Shown here piece by piece: positions 8,107-16,572 of a stretch of DNA of 32,000 bases. The notes below the pieces were generated by a model, which was given only the letters and a program-made list of their open reading frames with translations, did no database searches and was not told the DNA's origin. The stretch's first letter is position 1, and each line of letters starts with the position of its first letter. The translations under genes were made by a program, and so were the position numbers. Source of the DNA: an uncultured Chloroflexia bacterium (lineage in GTDB: Bacteria > Chloroflexota > Anaerolineae > Anaerolineales > Anaerolineaceae); the NCBI GenBank assembly GCA_963704755.1, contig OY969938.1:750001-782000 (forward strand), written 5' to 3'.

Positions 8107-10482
8107 ATGGATTCCATTTTTCAGCAAATCCTAAAGATACTGGTCGAGCCGCCCGGTAACCTGGTTTATTACCTGGTCATCGTGGTTGCGGTTATGGCCG
8201 GTCTGCAGGCCGTGTCCTTCACTCACAGCGAGCGGCCCTCGACCACCACGCGCCGCTTGTTCCTGGGGTTTGGTCTCGTTCTTGCCGGTCAAATTGTCCT
8301 ATTCGCAACCAGTGCGCTGGGCTGGCAGCAGGTCATCGACCCGCAAATTATCCTTCCTCTCCTGGACCGGGCCATGGTTTTCGTTTCACTGGTCACCATA
8401 TTGTGGATGTGGGCTTTCCCACGGGCCAACCGTTTGACCGATATCCTTTCGTTAGTGATCGGTTTGCTGGCGGTGCCCTATTTTGTCATCGGCCTGGCCA
8501 TCTGGACCCCGCTGGCCGGGGTGGTTCACTTCAATCATTCTAGCCTGGATTGGATCTGGTCACTGGCGGTGCTGGCCCTGGCGATCACCGGCCTTCTGAT
8601 CCTGGTCATTCGCCGCCGGCCCCAATGGGGCAGCGGAGCCGGATTTTTTACCCTGATCGCGGCCGGGGCCCTGGCACACATCTTCTGGGCCGACCCGCAG
8701 AACGATTTCCCGGCCTTCTTGCGCCTGGCCCAGGTATGCGTCTTTCCGCTGCTGCCGGCGGTTGCCCGCCTGACCCAACCCGAGCTGGCCGCCGGAATCG
8801 CTCCTGACAGTGCGGATTACGAATCAGCCGCGCTGCGTAAATTCCACATCGCCAACCCAACCGTGGTCGTTACCTGGTTGGGGATTATCCGCATCCAGGA
8901 ACCTGACAAGATTGGGCCGGCTGTGGTACAGGGGATTGCACGCAGCCTGGTGGCGGATATGGCCTTTATCATCTCCGCAGCGGACACCCGCAGCCCTATT
9001 TTGATTCAATGCGGTTACGACCTCATTCGCGAGGAAACGGTCACCGGCACGCTGCTCGACCACGAAAAAGCCCCGCTGATTTCGGCCGTGTTACAGCGCA
9101 AGAAACCGCTGCTCATTTCTCAAGACACAAGCGACTCCCCCAAAGACCTGCATGCCCTGGCCCAGGTTCTGGGATTAAAAGAAGTCGGCGCTTTGATGTT
9201 AATCCCCACCCTGGTAAAGAATTCAACCTGGAGTGGTATTCTGGTGATTTCACCCTATTCCAGGCACGAATGGGATGACGGCGACCAGTCCTTCCTGCAA
9301 TCGATCAGTGAGGAGATCGGGAATGTGCTCTCCATCGCTGTGGATCGCATCAACAAGAAATTACAGAACGAAGAGTTAATTTCCGGCTACAATGACACCC
9401 TGGTCGAACTCGAACAGGCTCGCCGCGAAAAAGACCAGCTTCGCCAGGAAATCGTCACCCTGCAAGAAGAGCAAGACCTCTATTCGCGCCAATCGATCGA
9501 TTACAACGGACTGCTGGCCATCCAAAAAGAAGCCCAACTGGCCATTTCGCGCCTGGAAAGCGAAAATAACAGCTTACGTGAAGCCCTGCAAGACCTGCAA
9601 AAAGAAGGCATCAGCAACAAAGAAGCCGGCCATTTCGAGAGCGAACTGCGTAAATCCCTGGAAGAGATCGCCCGACTGCAAAATACCCTGGCCAAGGCCA
9701 ATATGCAAATCCTGGATTTGCAGCAGCACACCAACCTTTCCGGAACCAGGCCGGCCGGATCGAAAGAATTGATCATCGCCGTCTCCCAGGATTTGCGCCA
9801 GCCCATTTCTTCCATTCTGGGCTATACCGACCTGCTGATGGGTGAATCGGTGGGAATTTTAGGCGCCCTCCAGCGTAAATTCCTGGACCGGATCAAAGTA
9901 TCGGCCGAAAAAATGCGCTTCCACCTGGAAGAACTGCTCGAACGTGCTTCCGCCTCGACCGACCCGCTCGAGCTCACCACCCAGCCGGTGGACCTGGACG
10001 ATGTTCTCGACCAGGCCATGGACGACATCCGCGACCTGCTTAAGGAAAAGAACATCAACCTTTTGATGGACGTCCCGGAAGGGCTGCCCTATCTATATAC
10101 CGACCGGGATTCGATTTACCAGGTTTTTATCCAACTGCTGCAAAATGCAGCCAACGCCACCCCGGCGGAGGGCAATATTTCACTGCAAATGCACCTGGAA
10201 CAAAACAGCCCATCCGAAACCTTCTTGTTATTCCAGGTGACCGACGATGGCGGAGGTATCGCCACCGGCGACCTCAAGCGGGTCTTCTTCCGGCGTTACC
10301 GGGATGCAAACGCCCCCATTCCCGGGACCGGGGATAACGGGATCGGCTTATCTATCGCCCGGTCGATTGTCGAGGCTCACGGCGGGCGAATTTGGGTCGA
10401 GAGCGACCCCGGCAGGACCTCTACGTTCAGTATTCTCTTGCCCACCCAACCCAGTCGGGTTACCCCCAGTTCTACTCTTTAA
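8107..10482 (+). CDS. Membrane sensor histidine-kinase-like protein (multi-TM, GAF-like, coiled coil, DHp, HATPase) with Gln at the H-box histidine position
   Basis: About 6 N-terminal TM helices, then a central GAF-like region and a long coiled coil (residues ~420-545). The DHp reads AVSQDLRQPISSILGYTDLL. The CA domain has N box QLLQNAANAT, G1 DDGGGI and G2 GIGLSIARSIVEAHGGRIWVES. Confidence 0.85.
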   Translation: MDSIFQQILKILVEPPGNLVYYLVIVVAVMAGLQAVSFTHSERPSTTTRRLFLGFGLVLAGQIVLFATSALGWQQVIDPQIILPLLDRAMVFVSLVTILWMWAFPRANRLTDILSLVIGLLAVPYFVIGLAIWTPLAGVVHFNHSSLDWIWSLAVLALAITGLLILVIRRRPQWGSGAGFFTLIAAGALAHIFWADPQNDFPAFLRLAQVCVFPLLPAVARLTQPELAAGIAPDSADYESAALRKFHIANPTVVVTWLGIIRIQEPDKIGPAVVQGIARSLVADMAFIISAADTRSPILIQCGYDLIREETVTGTLLDHEKAPLISAVLQRKKPLLISQDTSDSPKDLHALAQVLGLKEVGALMLIPTLVKNSTWSGILVISPYSRHEWDDGDQSFLQSISEEIGNVLSIAVDRINKKLQNEELISGYNDTLVELEQARREKDQLRQEIVTLQEEQDLYSRQSIDYNGLLAIQKEAQLAISRLESENNSLREALQDLQKEGISNKEAGHFESELRKSLEEIARLQNTLAKANMQILDLQQHTNLSGTRPAGSKELIIAVSQDLRQPISSILGYTDLLMGESVGILGALQRKFLDRIKVSAEKMRFHLEELLERASASTDPLELTTQPVDLDDVLDQAMDDIRDLLKEKNINLLMDVPEGLPYLYTDRDSIYQVFIQLLQNAANATPAEGNISLQMHLEQNSPSETFLLFQVTDDGGGIATGDLKRVFFRRYRDANAPIPGTGDNGIGLSIARSIVEAHGGRIWVESDPGRTSTFSILLPTQPSRVTPSSTL

Positions 10483-10485
10483 TTT

Positions 10486-11391
10486 ATGAAAACTGTGCGA
10501 AGCGGGATCATTGGGCTGCTGTTAGCGCTTTGCTCCGGTCTGCTCGTTTTGGGAGCATTGTCGTATGCCATTCTGGAGGGGACGGTCAACCCACAGATGA
10601 CGGCCACGCCGCGTCCAACCCTGCCGCTGCCCAACCTGACGCCCCTGGGTATGCTGAGTGACACCCCCATGATTTCCACCGGCCTGCCCACATCGCTACC
10701 CTCATCGAGCACCTGCCCGCCTCCGGCCGGCTGGCAGGTTTACCTGATCCAACCCGGCGACGAATTATCCCAATTGGCCGCCGAACGAGGCATCAAACTG
10801 GCAGAGATCTTGCAAGGAAATTGCCTGGTAACGAGTATGGTCTTGCCTGACACTTCGATCTACCTGCCACCTCTGGCCGCTGCCAGCCCAACGGCCACCA
10901 CGCCATCCTTGACGCCTACCTATACCTGGATCAGTTGTGGGCCGCCCTATGGCTGGACGTTGTACACCGTTCGAGTCGGCGACACGCTCACTCAAATCAG
11001 CCGCCTGTACCGGGTTTCGGTCTGGCAATTAAAAGCCGCTAACTGTCTGGTTGGCGATTTGATCCGGGCCGGTTCGAAACTCTGGGTGCCAAACGTAGCC
11101 ACCAGCACGTTTACATCCACCACGACGCCGACCCGGCGACCGGCGCGTCCTAACCCGACCTCCACCGGCACGTTCACGCTCACCCCCGTGCCAACCGCCG
11201 TTCCTTCGGATACACCGCTCCCGACCGCAGTCGCTACGGAAACATTTACCGATACTTCACTTCCGCCCGAAACCCCCACTTTCACCGCCGTCGATACCGA
11301 TACGGACACCCCGGTACCCGTCGATACCCAAACCGACACCCCTGAGCCTTCTGGAAGTGGAACTTCTGAGGCAACTTCGACGTCTAATTAG
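10486..11391 (+). CDS. Secreted or membrane-anchored protein with two Cys-bracketed LysM domains and a Thr/Pro/Asp-rich tail
   Basis: Starts 3 nt after the kinase stop. It has an N-terminal hydrophobic anchor. A repeated module is present: C-PP-x-GW-x-x-Y-x-[IV]-x-x-GD-x-L-x-Q[IL]...NCLV (YLIQPGDELSQLAAERGIKLAEILQGNCL and YTVRVGDTLTQISRLYRVSVWQLKAANCL). Confidence 0.8.
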   Translation: MKTVRSGIIGLLLALCSGLLVLGALSYAILEGTVNPQMTATPRPTLPLPNLTPLGMLSDTPMISTGLPTSLPSSSTCPPPAGWQVYLIQPGDELSQLAAERGIKLAEILQGNCLVTSMVLPDTSIYLPPLAAASPTATTPSLTPTYTWISCGPPYGWTLYTVRVGDTLTQISRLYRVSVWQLKAANCLVGDLIRAGSKLWVPNVATSTFTSTTTPTRRPARPNPTSTGTFTLTPVPTAVPSDTPLPTAVATETFTDTSLPPETPTFTAVDTDTDTPVPVDTQTDTPEPSGSGTSEATSTSN

Positions 11392-11422
11392 CACCATAAG
11401 GTAAAATAGTGTAAGGAATTCC

Positions 11423-12436
11423 ATGCGTAAAATAAGTCTCTTATCCCTCATCCTTTTGATCACATTAGCAGGGTGTAACTTGCCCGGGCTGGCAGAGCAG
11501 CAACAAACCCCCCAGGCAGTAGCCCAATTAATTGTCACGGCGGACCCCAACGCAGCCCCCACGGCTACGCCGTTCCTGCCTCTTAACCCCACTGCCACTT
11601 CTGACATCCCGCCAACAGCCACATTAGCGCCTACCGCTGGCGTCACCCCAACGGACACAGCCTCACAACCGGCCAACACGATCAGCATCCTGGTCATGGG
11701 CTCAGATGCCCGCGGCGACGGCAGCTTCCGGACCGACACGATGATTCTGGTATTCATCAATCAGGACACCGGCGCTGTTTCGATGGTCTCTTTCCCGCGT
11801 GACCTGTATATCGACGTCCCTGGCTACGGCCAACAACGCCTGAATACTGCCCAGGAATTTGGTGGGTTCCCCTTGACCGTACAGACTTTCCAGAATAATT
11901 TTGGCGTGACCCCTAATTATTATGTGATGACCGATTTCCAGGGTTTCGTCAATATTATCAACGAGCTGGGCGGCATCCAGGTGGACGCAGCCCAAAACCT
12001 GACGGATACCTGCCATTTATCGACGGCTTACAACGGCTATTGCTCGGTTGGCCCTGGCCAGGTGTACATGGATGGTTCTACCGCCCTGTGGTACGTCCGG
12101 TCGCGCTACAGCTCCAATGATTTCGACCGCACCCGCCGCCAGCAGGAAGTGATCACGGCGATTTTCTCGAAATTAATGAGCCTGGATGCAATCTCCAAGA
12201 TCCCTGCGCTTTACCAGGAATATAACCAGAGTGTTCAGACTAACATCCCCCTGGACGAAGCAGTCAAACTGGCGACGTTTGCCCCAGGGTTGATCTCTAA
12301 CCCGGACAAGATCCATCGCTACGCCATCGGGTCGGCTGACGTGTGGTCCTACCTTACTGCGGGTGGCGCCCAGGTGCTGCTGCCCAACCCCGATATGATC
12401 CAGCCCATTTTGGAACAGGCTAAAAACGTCCAATAA
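11423..12436 (+). CDS. LytR-CpsA-Psr (LCP) family cell-envelope glycopolymer transferase, lipoprotein
   Basis: Lipobox LITLAGC is present. The LCP core reads ISILVMGSDARGDGSFRTDTMILVFINQDTGAVSMVSFPRDLYIDVPGYG.QRLNTA. Confidence 0.9.
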   Translation: MRKISLLSLILLITLAGCNLPGLAEQQQTPQAVAQLIVTADPNAAPTATPFLPLNPTATSDIPPTATLAPTAGVTPTDTASQPANTISILVMGSDARGDGSFRTDTMILVFINQDTGAVSMVSFPRDLYIDVPGYGQQRLNTAQEFGGFPLTVQTFQNNFGVTPNYYVMTDFQGFVNIINELGGIQVDAAQNLTDTCHLSTAYNGYCSVGPGQVYMDGSTALWYVRSRYSSNDFDRTRRQQEVITAIFSKLMSLDAISKIPALYQEYNQSVQTNIPLDEAVKLATFAPGLISNPDKIHRYAIGSADVWSYLTAGGAQVLLPNPDMIQPILEQAKNVQ

Positions 12437-12455
12437 TTGCGGCAAATATGCAAAT

Positions 12456-12495
12456 AAAAAAACAATGGCTGAGCGGGCTCAGCCATTGTTTTTTT
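12456..12495 (+). terminator. Rho-independent terminator of the kinase-LysM-LCP operon
   Basis: AAAAAAACAATGGCTGAGC / GG / GCTCAGCCATTGTTTTTTT. The 19-nt arms include an A-run and a T-run, so it could work in both directions. Confidence 0.8.
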
Positions 12496-12565
12496 ATTTG
12501 TTTTCGCGTTATTTCCCGCCAGAATCAGAAGATCGACCTTCGGTACAGGTTTCATCTCGCCGATT

Positions 12566-12689
12566 GAGGATAGGTCGTTGAAAAAGCCGCTTATTGGCAA
12601 AAGATGAGGGGATATGTAGTGGCGCGGCTAAGCCGCGACACTACATATCCCCAATATTTCTTTAAGCGGAGGCGTTTTTCAACACCCTC
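12566..12689 (+). repeat. Repeat family R1, copy A: ~124-bp palindromic MITE-like element
   Basis: GAGGATAGGTCGTTGAAAAAGCC...[hairpin 12608-12652: GGGGATATGTAGTGGCGCGGC/TAA/GCCGCGACACTACATATCCCC]...GGCGTTTTTCAACACCCTC. It aligns by eye with the reverse complement of 20027-20143. Confidence 0.7.
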
Positions 12690-12775
12690 CAGGAATCGTT
12701 TGACTTTCCGAAATATTTGTTGTACACTTAAAAAGCCGTTAGGCTATACGCAAAATCCCTCTCCCTGGAGTAGAA

Positions 12776-13678
12776 ATGAGCTCAGAATCTTCTCCGGCCA
12801 TCCACATAACCTCTCAAACCCCTCTGATGCCCGCCATTCGCTCCTGGGAGATCTATTTATCCGACCAGGGTAAATCCGAATACACCATCCGGGCATTTAT
12901 GGGTGATTTACAACTTTTGGCAGGTTTCCTGGCGCCGGATAAAGCAGTTGGAACCGTCACCACTAAAGATATCAATAATTTCCTCAGTTGGCTGCAGAAT
13001 GGGCGGGGGGTACCCTGCAGCCCAAAGAGCCTGGCCCGCCGGATCACCTCGATCAAGGCGTTTTTTCGCTGGCTCCAGCAATCCGGGCGGATCATTGCTG
13101 ACCCATCCGAAAAAGTCGTCCAGCTTTCGGTGATCAGCCCGCTGCCGTTGGTGTTGACCGCCAAGGAAAGCGAAAAAGCGCTCGAAACGGCCCTGGGCTA
13201 TCGCAGCGCCAAAAAGGCCGACGCCCGTCCGTATACCCTCTTAGCCCTGCTCCTATCGACCGGGATCAAGAAGGGGGAATGCCTGGCCATTAACGTGAAC
13301 CACATCGACCTGCAGGCCCCCGGCGGCCCGATCCTGTTTGTACGTTACGCCAGTCCCCGTAACCGCTACAAAGAACGTAAGATCGCCTTACCGGAAACCT
13401 GGGTCGAGAGCTATCAGGAATACCTGGCTCAATACCAGCCCAAAGACATTATCTTCCCCTGGTCGCCGCGCCGGTTGGAATATCTGCTGGAAGCCATCGG
13501 CGAAGAAGCCGGGCTGCCCAAGCACCTATCTTTCGACATGTGTCGTTGGACCAGCGCCCTGACAGATTGGCAATCCGACCTCGATCGCGAAGAAATCCGC
13601 CAGAAATTAGGCATTTCAAAAATTCAATGGCGTGAAATCAGCATGAAACTGCGCCAGTTGAACTCCCAGGCCCAGTAA
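12776..13678 (+). CDS. Tyrosine-recombinase (XerC/XerD)-like protein with degenerate active site
   Basis: N-terminal SAM-like core-binding domain (IRSWEIYLSDQGKSEYTIRAFMGDLQLL, ARRITSIKAFFRWL). The C-terminal catalytic-fold region aligns to XerD but with substitutions: STGIKKGE for TGLRxSE, FDMCRW for HxLRH, LGIS for LGHS. There is no Tyr after residue 236. Confidence 0.8.
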   Translation: MSSESSPAIHITSQTPLMPAIRSWEIYLSDQGKSEYTIRAFMGDLQLLAGFLAPDKAVGTVTTKDINNFLSWLQNGRGVPCSPKSLARRITSIKAFFRWLQQSGRIIADPSEKVVQLSVISPLPLVLTAKESEKALETALGYRSAKKADARPYTLLALLLSTGIKKGECLAINVNHIDLQAPGGPILFVRYASPRNRYKERKIALPETWVESYQEYLAQYQPKDIIFPWSPRRLEYLLEAIGEEAGLPKHLSFDMCRWTSALTDWQSDLDREEIRQKLGISKIQWREISMKLRQLNSQAQ

Positions 13679-13714
13679 TAAGCCGCTCGGCAAAGAAACC
13701 CGAGCAGTTTCGAA

Positions 13715-13765
13715 TTATTCATAAGAGTGCGGGGTGGCTTAGGCGCCCCGCACTCTTATGAATAA
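13715..13765. terminator. 20-bp perfect hairpin between convergent genes (bidirectional terminator candidate)
   Basis: TTATTCATAAGAGTGCGGGG-N11-CCCCGCACTCTTATGAATAA. The right arm abuts the tilS stop codon (13767-13769). Confidence 0.7.
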
Positions 13766-13766
13766 A

Positions 13767-15197
13767 TTATTTTCCTTCGCGAATCAGGTGCAGGTGCAAA
13801 ATCGAATGGGTCTGCGTCGTAACCCGACTGGAATGGGCAGGGGCATAGCCCGGTACCCAGACCACCCGCTCATCGTCTGCCACGACCGGCCAGATCGCCC
13901 GGGCCGGGCGAGGTAACTTTTTGTTGGTGAAATAATCCCCCAGGGAAAGCGAACCGCTGTCCATGCCCAAGGGCTGGAAACGGCGATAGGCCCCGGCCGG
14001 GCCTACATTGAGGATATTTTCGATCGTTCCGCCATCCAACCAGGCCTGGTTGGGGTCCGATTGGACGTAACGCAGTGAATCCGCCTGGTTGACCAATTCC
14101 TGCTCGATCCGGATGACGTACCCATTGGCCAATTCAACCTGTCCGGGCACGGGCAGGGTGGCCTTCTTATCCGATAAAAAGGCCGGCCAGGACGATTCGA
14201 CGATCTGAGTCCCATTGACCGCCAGATAGACCCGCTCCTGGCAATATACCACCGAAAGATCATCGGCCAGGTCGATCTTGCCGTTATGCTTGTGATCCAA
14301 AACGGCCCGGCCGGCGATACGCAGCCGCTCCCAGGTCAGGTCTTCTGGCTCCGGCTCGAGTCGCCGCGCGGCTCGGCGGAAAACCAATTCGATCATCCCG
14401 CTCTGAAAGCCTTCCAGAATCCCTCCGTTTAACGCGACAAAGCCCTGGCCTTCTTCCCGGCAGGCGGTTTGGTAGCTGGATTCGACCAGGTCCTCCAGCG
14501 CATCCAGCGAGCCTCCCGCGACCTGGCTCAGGGTCCATAAGCGTTGTTTGACCTGCGGGTTATAGGTTTGCAACTCGGGCAGCAGTTCCTGGCGGATCCG
14601 GTTGCGCGTATATTTCACATCCTGGTTGGTAGCATCCATCAACGGCCGTAAGTTCTGCTGGCGGCAGTATTCCAGGATATCCGTGCGCCAATAAGAAAGC
14701 AGCGGCCGCAGCAGTGGAATATCCGCTGAAAATTCGGGCAGGAATGAGCGGAAACGCATTCCACGCAAACCATCCAGGCCGCTCCCGCGTAAGAGGTGCA
14801 GCAAAAGCGTCTCGACCTGGTCGTCGGCATTGTGACCCACCGCCACTCCGGCTGCATGGATCTCTACCGCCTGGTCGAACAGGAAGCGGTAGCGCGCTTT
14901 GCGTGCAGCCGTCTCGATCGACTGTTTCTGTTCGGCCGCGATCAGGCGAACGTCCGCCGATCCGCGCACGAAATGGCAGCCCAATTCCAGGGCCATAGCC
15001 CGCACCGCCTGCTCGTCCGCGTCCGCCTCCGGCCTCAGTCCGTGATTGAAATGAGCAACCGTGACTTCCATGCCGCTATTGACCAGCAGATGGAGCAGGG
15101 ACTGGCTGTCCGGTCCACCCGAGACACCCGCGATCAGGTGCACCGGCTCGTTCAGGCCACAATCTTCTTTTAAAACCCGCTCAAAATCAGAAAACAT
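13767..15197 (-). CDS. tilS: tRNA(Ile)-lysidine synthase
   Basis: PP-loop motif IAGVSGGPDSQSLLHLL is present. At 476 aa it includes the C-terminal TilS substrate-binding region. Confidence 0.9.
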   Translation of the reverse strand: MFSDFERVLKEDCGLNEPVHLIAGVSGGPDSQSLLHLLVNSGMEVTVAHFNHGLRPEADADEQAVRAMALELGCHFVRGSADVRLIAAEQKQSIETAARKARYRFLFDQAVEIHAAGVAVGHNADDQVETLLLHLLRGSGLDGLRGMRFRSFLPEFSADIPLLRPLLSYWRTDILEYCRQQNLRPLMDATNQDVKYTRNRIRQELLPELQTYNPQVKQRLWTLSQVAGGSLDALEDLVESSYQTACREEGQGFVALNGGILEGFQSGMIELVFRRAARRLEPEPEDLTWERLRIAGRAVLDHKHNGKIDLADDLSVVYCQERVYLAVNGTQIVESSWPAFLSDKKATLPVPGQVELANGYVIRIEQELVNQADSLRYVQSDPNQAWLDGGTIENILNVGPAGAYRRFQPLGMDSGSLSLGDYFTNKKLPRPARAIWPVVADDERVVWVPGYAPAHSSRVTTQTHSILHLHLIREGK

Positions 15198-15290
15198 AAC
15201 TGGAACGCTTTGGTTGAAGTGTCATAAAATGATTATACCGTGCAGACGTAAGGATATCTTTTCAATCCCCACGAGTAGCGTTTTCAGGAA

Positions 15291-15339
15291 ATTGGATGTA
15301 CGCTGCGGCCAGCGAAGCCGCCCAAACCGTACATCCAAT
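15291..15339. repeat. Nested hairpin in the divergent tilS / response-regulator intergenic region
   Basis: Outer 12-bp stem ATTGGATGTACG/CGTACATCCAAT encloses an inner GCGGC-N7-GCCGC stem. The architecture and 3' flank (CCAATATTCTGTTTTCGACCCTC) resemble family R1 (CCCCAATATTTCTTT...GTTTTTCAACACCCTC). Confidence 0.6.
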
Positions 15340-15423
15340 ATTCTGTTTTCGACCCTCTCATACCTTGCCGGATGAATTGTTTCATGCTAGACTGAGATTG
15401 GAAATTTCTCGTTGAGGGGTAGC

Positions 15424-16569
15424 ATGGCAGAAAAAATCTTGATCGTTGACGACGACCTGGAAACTCTGCGCCTTGTAGGCTTGATGCTACAGAGGCAGGG
15501 TTATCAGATCGTGTCTGCCCGCAACGGCATCGAAGGCATCAACCAGGCAGAGGCCGAAAGGCCAGACTTAATTGTCCTGGACGTGATGATGCCAGACCTG
15601 GATGGGTACCAGGTCGCAAAGAGACTGCGTGAAAATAACGACACCGCAGTTATACCGATATTAATGTTCACCGCTAAGTCTCAGGTGGACGATAAAGTGA
15701 CCGGTTATGAGGCCGGTGCGGACGATTACCTGACCAAGCCGGTCCACCCGGCCGAGTTGATCGCCCACATCAAAGCCCTGTTAGCCAGGACGAAAAATCG
15801 GACGCCATCCATCTCGCAAAAACGGGGCTATTCCATTGGGTTGATTTCACCCAAAGGCGGGCTGGGGGTATCCACCTTGACGCTCAACCTGGCCCTGGCG
15901 TACTATAACCGCACCCGCTCCGACGTAATCGCCGCTGAAATACGCAGTGGGCAGGGCACCTGGGCGGGCGAGTTGGGGTTCAACAATACCGAAGGCCTGA
16001 CCAAACTGCTCGCGATGAAGCCGGCCGACATCACTGCGCCTGAAGTCGAAAACGAATTGATCCGCACGACCTTCGGCCTGCGGCTGCTGTTAGCCTCGGA
16101 CAAGTTCGGCCAGTTTAGCAAACTCGACGAAGCGGTCCCCCAGCTTGAAATCATCCTGCAGCAGCTTGCCAGCCTGTGCCAGACCCTTTTCATCGATATT
16201 GGCAATCCCTTCATGCCGGGCCTGGAACACGTCTTGAACACATGCGACGAGTTGATCGTGTGCACCGAACCGCAGCCATTTTCGCTGAAGCGTACCGCCA
16301 GCCTGTTCGATTTTCTGGCCGATTTCGGCTACGGGAAATCCAAGCTGGTCAGCCTGGTAATCCTCAACCGGATTCGAGCGGACCTCCAATTCTCGGCCAA
16401 CCAGATCCAGGAAATGCTTAAAAAGCCAATCAGTCTGGTGGTCCCACCTTCACCGGAATTATCTTATCAATCGGCTATGCGAAGTACGCCTTTGATTCTT
16501 CTGCAACCAGACGGGATTATCAACTCAGCAGATCAACCGCCTGGCCGGTCAATTTGCCGATCGCCTTAA
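15424..16569 (+). CDS. Response-regulator receiver domain fused to a TadZ/CpaE-like (ParA/MinD superfamily) domain with degenerate Walker A
   Basis: The ATG at 15424 (MAEKILIVDDD, GAGGGG 6 nt upstream) is preferred over the TTG at 15412. REC motifs are DDD, LIVLDVMMPDLDG, MFTAKS and YLTKP. The second domain reads IGLISPKGGLGVSTLTLNLALAY (consensus xKGGxGK[ST]T). The C-terminus may be frameshifted (see findings). Confidence 0.8.
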   Translation: MAEKILIVDDDLETLRLVGLMLQRQGYQIVSARNGIEGINQAEAERPDLIVLDVMMPDLDGYQVAKRLRENNDTAVIPILMFTAKSQVDDKVTGYEAGADDYLTKPVHPAELIAHIKALLARTKNRTPSISQKRGYSIGLISPKGGLGVSTLTLNLALAYYNRTRSDVIAAEIRSGQGTWAGELGFNNTEGLTKLLAMKPADITAPEVENELIRTTFGLRLLLASDKFGQFSKLDEAVPQLEIILQQLASLCQTLFIDIGNPFMPGLEHVLNTCDELIVCTEPQPFSLKRTASLFDFLADFGYGKSKLVSLVILNRIRADLQFSANQIQEMLKKPISLVVPPSPELSYQSAMRSTPLILLQPDGIINSADQPPGRSICRSP

Positions 16570-16572
16570 AAA

